A DNA stretch of 64,000 nucleotides. It comes from Verrucomicrobiota bacterium. Lineage in GTDB: Bacteria; Verrucomicrobiota; Verrucomicrobiia; Limisphaerales; AAA164-E04. This document shows, one piece after another, positions 58,236-64,000 of this stretch (positions within the stretch are counted from its first letter, which is position 1; the number at the start of each line of letters is the position of its first letter). The notes under the pieces are model-generated. The model made no database searches. It worked only from the letters and a program-made list of their open reading frames with translations, and was not told the DNA's origin. The stretch spans positions 1,248,001 through 1,312,000 of the forward strand of contig CP170459.1 in the NCBI GenBank assembly GCA_047947115.1, written 5' to 3'. Position numbers and translations under genes: made by a program.

Positions 58236-59009
58236 ATGAAAATGTTGGAAGGAAAGATTGGATTGGTGGCCGGTGTGGCCAATAAGCGCTCGATCGCATG
58301 GGCCATTGCGCAGGCATGGCACGAAGCGGGAGCCAAACTGATTTTCACTTATCAAGGCGAACGTCTGAAAGACAATGTCGAACAATTGGCAGGCGCTTTC
58401 GGTGAGGACACCCTGATGTTGCCCTGTGATGTTACATCAGACGAACAGGTTGACGAAGTATTTGCCCAAATCAAAGAACGCTATGGGAAGCTGGATCTTC
58501 TGTTGCATTCGATTGCTTTTGCCCCCAAGGAAGCTCTTGAAGGCGAATTCATCAATACCAGTCGCGAAGCATTCAAGGTGGCGCATGATGTTTCCGCTTA
58601 CTCATTGGTTTCCTTGTCCAGAGGAGCCGCTCCTCTGATGACTGATGGCGGCAGCATCGTGGCCATGTCCTATTATGGCGCTGAAAAAGTCGTGCCGCAT
58701 TACAACGTCATGGGTGTGGCAAAGGCCTCCCTGGAAGCGTCCACCCGCTACTTGGCATACGATCTCGGCCCTCAAAAAATCCGGGTCAATTGCATCAGCG
58801 CAGGTCCCATGAATACCTTGGCCGCTCGAGGTATCTCCGGGTTCACTGCCATGCTCAAACATTACGAAGCCAATTCGCCTCTCAAACGCAATGTACTCCC
58901 TGAAGAACTTGGTGCAACGGGTGTCTTTCTGGCCAGCAATGGTTCTGCTTCCATCACCGGTCAGGTGCTCTACGTGGACAGCGGATACCAGATCATGGGG
59001 ATGTATTGA
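58236..59009 (+). CDS. fabI: Enoyl-ACP reductase
   Basis: GVANKRSIAW, HSIAFAP, YNVMGVAKASLE, ISAGP. Confidence 0.96.
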   Translation: MKMLEGKIGLVAGVANKRSIAWAIAQAWHEAGAKLIFTYQGERLKDNVEQLAGAFGEDTLMLPCDVTSDEQVDEVFAQIKERYGKLDLLLHSIAFAPKEALEGEFINTSREAFKVAHDVSAYSLVSLSRGAAPLMTDGGSIVAMSYYGAEKVVPHYNVMGVAKASLEASTRYLAYDLGPQKIRVNCISAGPMNTLAARGISGFTAMLKHYEANSPLKRNVLPEELGATGVFLASNGSASITGQVLYVDSGYQIMGMY

Positions 59010-59050
59010 TCGGATTCATTGGATCGCATTGTCAATTTAATCTATGTCGC

Positions 59051-59087
59051 AAAGTCGTCCGAGCTCCCGATCGGACGACTTTTTTTT
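59051..59087 (+). terminator. Intrinsic terminator after fabI
   Basis: AAAGTCGTCCGA-loop-TCGGACGAC followed by T8. Confidence 0.88.
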
Positions 59088-59174
59088 GAACTTTTCGGGT
59101 TGTTTGCCAGATGAGATCCAGTGGTAATGCGCTTTTGACTTCGGTGTCGTTTCGCCCTAGCCTCTGATGATCCT

Positions 59175-61307
59175 ATGAAATTACGTTTTTTTATCGCCTG
59201 CATTGCAATGGGTGCGTTCTGTCTTTGTGATGGACTGCTTGCTCAGAAGGAATTGCATTCGAGCCAGACGGATTGGTCGATCTACCACGGGGATTATGGT
59301 GGTTCACATTACTCGGCCTTGGATCAGATCAACCGGTCCAATGTGAAAGATCTTGAAGTGGCATGGATTTGGCATGCGGGAGACACGGGGAGCACAATCG
59401 AATGCAATCCCATCATGATCGATGGATTGTTGTATGCCACCTCCCCGAGGTTGAACTGTGTGGCGCTCGATGCAGCCACAGGCAAACAGGTCTGGCGCTT
59501 CGATCCTTGGAACGGTGGTCGGGGAGGGGGGATCAATCGCGGTGTGGCTTATTGGTCGGACGGTGTTTCCGATCACCGCATCTTTTTTTCAGCCGGGGAC
59601 CATCTGTATGCCTTGAATGCTAAAACCGGCAAACCAATTGAATCATTCGGAGAGGGCGGGCGCATCAGTCATCGTGATGGTTTCGACACGGATGTCTTCT
59701 TCTTTTCCATCGGCAACAATACGCCGGGTGTGGTGTGGAAGGATCTGCTGATTCTTGGATCCACCACAGGCGAGGGACCTCAGCCCTGTGCACCGGGCCA
59801 TATCCGGGCCTTTGATGTTCGGACCGGGGTGCGCAAGTGGATTTTTCACACCATTCCTCATCCGGGTGAGTTTGGGTATGAAACCTGGGGACCGGAATCC
59901 TGGAAGCAGGTGGGCAGCGCCAATGTCTGGGGTGGTTTTACTCTGGACGCTGAGCGAGGGATTGTTTTCTGTGGAACCGGATCCCCTGCCTACGACAGCT
60001 GGGGTGGAAACCGTCCGGGGCAGAATCTCTTTGGCAATTGTACCCTGGCACTCAATGCGGAAACAGGAGAGCGCATCTGGCATTTTCAGGCGGTGCATCA
60101 TGACTTGTGGGATTATGACCTGCCCACACCTCCAGTGCTTGCTCAAATGGAAAAAAACGGTAAGACGGTGGATGTGGTGGTGCAACCCACCAAGATGGGG
60201 CATTTGTTCGTGCTGAATCGTGAGACAGGGGAACCCATGTTTTCGGTAGAAGAAGTGGCGGTGCCGCCTTCGGATATGCCGGGTGAACACAGTTGGCCGA
60301 CACAGCCTTTCCCTCCCGCCGAATTCCGTTTAGCCAATACGCGTATGGATCCGGAAAATGCCACTTTCCTCAACGCAACCGCTCGCGCCAAAGTACTGGA
60401 TGATCTCAAGGACATGTTGAACGGCGATGTGTTTATTCCGCCAACTTATCAGAAATCGGTGGTGCTGCCTCAGTTCAATGGTGGTTGTGAGTGGGGTGGG
60501 GCGGGCTTTGATCCGGAATCCAATACGGTGATTGTCAATGTCAGCAATGAAGCGGAATGGACCTCCATGGTGGATTCGCGGCCCAAGGAACAGATGTCGT
60601 TGAACCAGCTTGGCGGACATGTTTATCGAGCAGTGTGTGCGTTTTGTCATGGGATGAGTTCGCCCGTGAATCCGGCGTCCCCATCCCTCGAAAACGTGCG
60701 GCAGCGCTTATCCGAACAACAGATCCGGGAACTGATGGAAACCGGGCGCGGTCAGATGCCTTCTTTCGCATCGTTTAGCCATCTTGAGAAACGAGCGGTG
60801 ATCGCGTTCCTGTTCGAAAACGGTCATGACGAGCAAATTCAAACGAAGGATTTGAAGTTGAGTTACGCTGAGGATGTTCCGGTCGTTACAACCGGACATC
60901 ATGACTGGCGGGATCCGGAGGGGTTTCCGGTGAACAAACGTCCTTGGGGCACCTTGAATGCGGTCGATCTCAACAGTGGCCAACTCAAATGGCAGGTACC
61001 GCTGGGAACCTATCCTGAACTGGAAAAGAGGGGGGAATCTCCAACCGGCACGTTTAACATTGGAGGACCTTTGGTGACCAAAGGTGGCTTGGTGTTTATT
61101 GGCGCAGCAATGGATGAACGGTTTCATGCGTTCGACAAGGAATCGGGTGAATTGATTTGGGAGTATCAAATGGAATCCGGCGGATATGCTTCTCCGTCCA
61201 CCTATGAACTGAACGGCAGACAATACATCGTCATCGCGGCGGGTGGTGGAGGGAAGCCTGGAACGAAAAAGGGGGATGCCTATTATTGTTTTGCGTTACC
61301 GAAGTGA
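59175..61307 (+). CDS. PQQ-dependent glucose/quinate dehydrogenase-like protein with inserted cytochrome c domain
   Basis: YSALDQINRSNV, RGVAYW, WHFQAVHHDLWDYD, CAFCH heme motif, GGPLVTKGGLVF. Confidence 0.88.
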   Translation: MKLRFFIACIAMGAFCLCDGLLAQKELHSSQTDWSIYHGDYGGSHYSALDQINRSNVKDLEVAWIWHAGDTGSTIECNPIMIDGLLYATSPRLNCVALDAATGKQVWRFDPWNGGRGGGINRGVAYWSDGVSDHRIFFSAGDHLYALNAKTGKPIESFGEGGRISHRDGFDTDVFFFSIGNNTPGVVWKDLLILGSTTGEGPQPCAPGHIRAFDVRTGVRKWIFHTIPHPGEFGYETWGPESWKQVGSANVWGGFTLDAERGIVFCGTGSPAYDSWGGNRPGQNLFGNCTLALNAETGERIWHFQAVHHDLWDYDLPTPPVLAQMEKNGKTVDVVVQPTKMGHLFVLNRETGEPMFSVEEVAVPPSDMPGEHSWPTQPFPPAEFRLANTRMDPENATFLNATARAKVLDDLKDMLNGDVFIPPTYQKSVVLPQFNGGCEWGGAGFDPESNTVIVNVSNEAEWTSMVDSRPKEQMSLNQLGGHVYRAVCAFCHGMSSPVNPASPSLENVRQRLSEQQIRELMETGRGQMPSFASFSHLEKRAVIAFLFENGHDEQIQTKDLKLSYAEDVPVVTTGHHDWRDPEGFPVNKRPWGTLNAVDLNSGQLKWQVPLGTYPELEKRGESPTGTFNIGGPLVTKGGLVFIGAAMDERFHAFDKESGELIWEYQMESGGYASPSTYELNGRQYIVIAAGGGGKPGTKKGDAYYCFALPK

Positions 61308-61316
61308 TTTGTGGAG

Positions 61317-61576
61317 GTAGATTCCCGATATCATCGGGATCCCGGTCCGGCCTTGAGGTATTGGACTTCAAAAATGCCAATCAAAGGAAAACCCAAGCGT
61401 GTTGGATGTGCCGGTTTGCTGAGACGGTAGGAAATTGGATGCCGAGGGTTTCCCAAAACGGAATTGCTTGAGAATTTGGATGCCATGAGGTGGCGCGCCG
61501 GGGACGACACGCTCTACCTGTGGGTGCGTTGGGAGGTTTGGGTGGTATGCGGCTGAGCAGCAGTTCAGCCCTACCG
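61317..61576. repeat. Cluster of GTAG-type REP-like palindromes
   Basis: Plus-strand GTAG-ATTCCCGAT-ATC-ATCGGGAT (61317-61340); minus-strand GTAG hairpins at 61485-61520 and about 61549-61576. Confidence 0.6.
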
Positions 61577-61601
61577 CATGGGGTGTTTTTTACTGATTAT
61601 T

Positions 61602-62537
61602 ATGAAATTGTTTTGGAAAGTTATGTTGCGTCTGCTGAGTGTGCTGCTGTTGCTTGTATTGGCGATGGCGGTGACGTTCGGTTTTTTTTGGCGGCAGTTT
61701 CATCCGGCCGTGGATCGGACGGATGGTGTTGTTTACGGGCAGCGTCATGGAAAGGATCTCACTATGGACGTCATTCGTCCGGCCAGGGGCTCCAACGGTT
61801 ATGGTGTTGCCTTGATGGTCAGTGGAGGATGGAAGTCTGGTAAGCCCGGGGATTCGCCGACTTGGTTAATGGCTCCTTTGTTGAGGCGGGGATACACCAT
61901 CTTCGCGATCTGCCACATATCACAGCCCGATTCCACTGTGATGGAGATCATTGATGACATGCATCGTGGGATTCGGTTCGTGCGTCATCATGCTGATGAA
62001 TACGGGATTGATCCCGACAGGATCGGAGTGACGGGCGGTAGCGCGGGAGGTCATCTAAGTCTGATGCTGGCGACGACCGGAGGTCCCGGTGATCCGGATG
62101 CCGAAGATCCCATCGACCCTGAAAGCAGCGCGGTTCAAGCCGTGGCTATCTTTTATCCGGTGACGGATTTATTGAATTTGGGAGATTCAACAGAAAACCC
62201 GGGTGACGGAGGACCGCCAAAAAGTTTTGTCAAAGCGTTTGGTCCTGATTCGACCAACATGGAGCTTTGGAAAACCATTGGGCGAGAATCATCTCCCATT
62301 TACCACGTTCATAAAAACATGCCTCCCACCTTGATCTATCACGGAGATGCCGACACCTTGACACCTTTGGAGCAGTCGGAATGGTATGTCCAAAAAGCAC
62401 GCGAACAAGGTAATGAGATTGAGTTGGAAGTGCATCCCGGTGGTCAGCATGGCTGGTACACCATGATGTTCGACATTCATCATTTCGGGGAATGGTTCGA
62501 CCATTACCTGAAATCTGAAACGGGAAATGCAAAGTAG
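61602..62537 (+). CDS. Alpha/beta hydrolase (esterase/lipase)
   Basis: VSGGW, GGSAGGHL, HGDAD, GQHGW. Confidence 0.9.
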   Translation: MKLFWKVMLRLLSVLLLLVLAMAVTFGFFWRQFHPAVDRTDGVVYGQRHGKDLTMDVIRPARGSNGYGVALMVSGGWKSGKPGDSPTWLMAPLLRRGYTIFAICHISQPDSTVMEIIDDMHRGIRFVRHHADEYGIDPDRIGVTGGSAGGHLSLMLATTGGPGDPDAEDPIDPESSAVQAVAIFYPVTDLLNLGDSTENPGDGGPPKSFVKAFGPDSTNMELWKTIGRESSPIYHVHKNMPPTLIYHGDADTLTPLEQSEWYVQKAREQGNEIELEVHPGGQHGWYTMMFDIHHFGEWFDHYLKSETGNAK

Positions 62538-62693
62538 CCCGAGCCGAAGTCTGGAACACTCTGGATACCACTGGCTAACCTTCGGGTTTCCTTGTGCCAA
62601 TACCTCTCCACGCTCCCATCAGTTTCTATAAAGTTTATCCGCAGATGTAAAAGGAGGATCCATTCGCCTGGCAGTTGAAATTCGGACCACCAT

Positions 62694-63464
62694 TCAGGAA
62701 AACCGAAGTGCCTGCTCCATTTCACGGATGCCTCGGGTCATGGTCAGTTCTTTGCCGTCTTTCAGTATGACGGCATACTCACCTTTGAACATAACGGATA
62801 ATTCCCTGACGAATTCCAGATTCACGATGGCTCCCCGGCTGATGCGAATGAAATGGGAGGGATCCAGGTTTTGTTCGAGTGAGCTGAGGGATTCCCGCAG
62901 GATGTGGTTTTCATTGCCAACCTTGGCGACGACATAGTTACCGGCGGATTCAATGCACTCGATGTCGGCGGTTTTCACCAAGGTGATTTTTTCTTCCGAT
63001 TTGACGGTGAGGCGTTGCAGGTATTTGTCGGTTTGTTTGGGTTCGCTCGTCTGTGTTGCCGCAAGGAGGGCCTGCAGTTTGTTGGAAACATCCTTCGACG
63101 TCCGATTGTTTTGGTGCTCCCGTGCATGCTGAAGAGCTTCTTTGAACCGCGCCGGTTTGAAGGGTTTGAGCAGGTAATCAATGGCATGTATCTCGAAGGC
63201 CTGCAAAGCGTATTGATCGTAGGCGGTGGTGAAGATGATGATGGGCAGGTCTTCTTTGGATAGTTGGGACAGCATTTGAAATCCATCCATTTCCGGCATC
63301 TGTACATCCAGAAAGATCAGATCGGGTTTGTGTTCCTTTATTGGAGGCAACGCCTCTTTTCCGTTTTGAAATTCTCCTATCAACTGGACGTCCTTCTCCT
63401 CTTCCAGAAGCATTCGGATGCGTTGGCGTGCCAGGGGTTCGTCGTCAATGATGAGGGCTTTCAT
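62694..63464 (-). CDS. LytTR-family response regulator
   Basis: IIDDEPLAR, FLDVQMP, DYLLKPF, C-terminal FIRISRGAIVN. Confidence 0.93.
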   Translation of the reverse strand: MKALIIDDEPLARQRIRMLLEEEKDVQLIGEFQNGKEALPPIKEHKPDLIFLDVQMPEMDGFQMLSQLSKEDLPIIIFTTAYDQYALQAFEIHAIDYLLKPFKPARFKEALQHAREHQNNRTSKDVSNKLQALLAATQTSEPKQTDKYLQRLTVKSEEKITLVKTADIECIESAGNYVVAKVGNENHILRESLSSLEQNLDPSHFIRISRGAIVNLEFVRELSVMFKGEYAVILKDGKELTMTRGIREMEQALRFS

Positions 63465-64000
63465 GTGCTTGTGTTCTTGTCTGCATTGAGTGGTTCCACC
63501 GGGAGTTCAATCGTCACCAGGCAACCGCCTTCTTGCGGGTTGAAAAGGGTCAGGGTTGCTCTTTCACCATAGAGCCGATCCAGACGCTGACGGGTGTTCG
63601 TCAACCCGATGCCGGTTCGACCTGATTCAGAGGGTTTGTTGTCCAAACCTGGGCCGGTGTCCCGAATGGAAATGTGCAATTTATCCGGATGCTGTAGAAT
63701 GGTCAGGGTGATGGTACCCTTCGATGAAGTGCGTTCGATACCGTGGCGGATAGCGTTTTCAACGAGTGGTTGCAGGATGAAGGTCGGCACGGGCGTTTCA
63801 TGTGATTTATTGTCGACTTCTAGCTGAACGGTGAGGCGGTCTCCGAAGCGCTTCTTTTCTATCTCCAGATAGCAGTCCAACAATTGAAGTTCGCGACTCA
63901 AGAGGATCGTGGGCGTGGATTTGCTGTCCAGCGAGGCCCGCAACAGACCGCTCAGGTCCGTCAGCATTTCGTCTGCGGCATTCGGATCGGTGTGGACGAG
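63461..64000 (-). CDS. LytS-type sensor histidine kinase, 3' part (truncated by window edge)
   Basis: YLEIEKKRFGDRL, LQPLVENAIRHG, DTGPG, GIGLTNTRQRL. Confidence 0.9.
   Translation of the reverse strand, partial: LVHTDPNAADEMLTDLSGLLRASLDSKSTPTILLSRELQLLDCYLEIEKKRFGDRLTVQLEVDNKSHETPVPTFILQPLVENAIRHGIERTSSKGTITLTILQHPDKLHISIRDTGPGLDNKPSESGRTGIGLTNTRQRLDRLYGERATLTLFNPQEGGCLVTIELPVEPLNADKNTST

Overview
A 64-kb bacterial chromosome segment of roughly 50% GC. Gene content and protein motifs suggest Verrucomicrobiota, probably subdivision 3 (Pedosphaerales/Limisphaerales); this is inference, not a database result. Most genes are housekeeping: recJ, psd, ychF, a UvrD-family helicase, hpt, moaD/moaE, thiL-tsaE-tsaB-alr, fabI and a PPi-type PEPCK. 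PVC-typical secreted enzymes and a beta-barrel/OPX/Wzc polysaccharide export trio are also present. The main candidate for an undescribed system is a three-gene operon at 22017-27513 resembling the Ralstonia phcB-phcS-phcR fatty-acid-methyl-ester quorum-sensing locus. It has a PhcB-like SAM methyltransferase, a dual-kinase hybrid sensor and a receiver fused to a His-less pseudo-kinase. A divergent AraC gene lies upstream and a 3' tRNA-Glu fragment (possible att scar) lies downstream. Other notable features are a BlaI/BlaR1-secretin-like fusion split by an IS4-family element (14-bp TIRs, 8-bp TSD) plus an in-frame amber codon, two families of REP-like palindromes, a 2248-aa mosaic surface protein and a Cys-repeat/HMA metal-binding protein. 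No CRISPR array, rRNA or intact tRNA was seen. All family assignments rest on motif recognition without searches.
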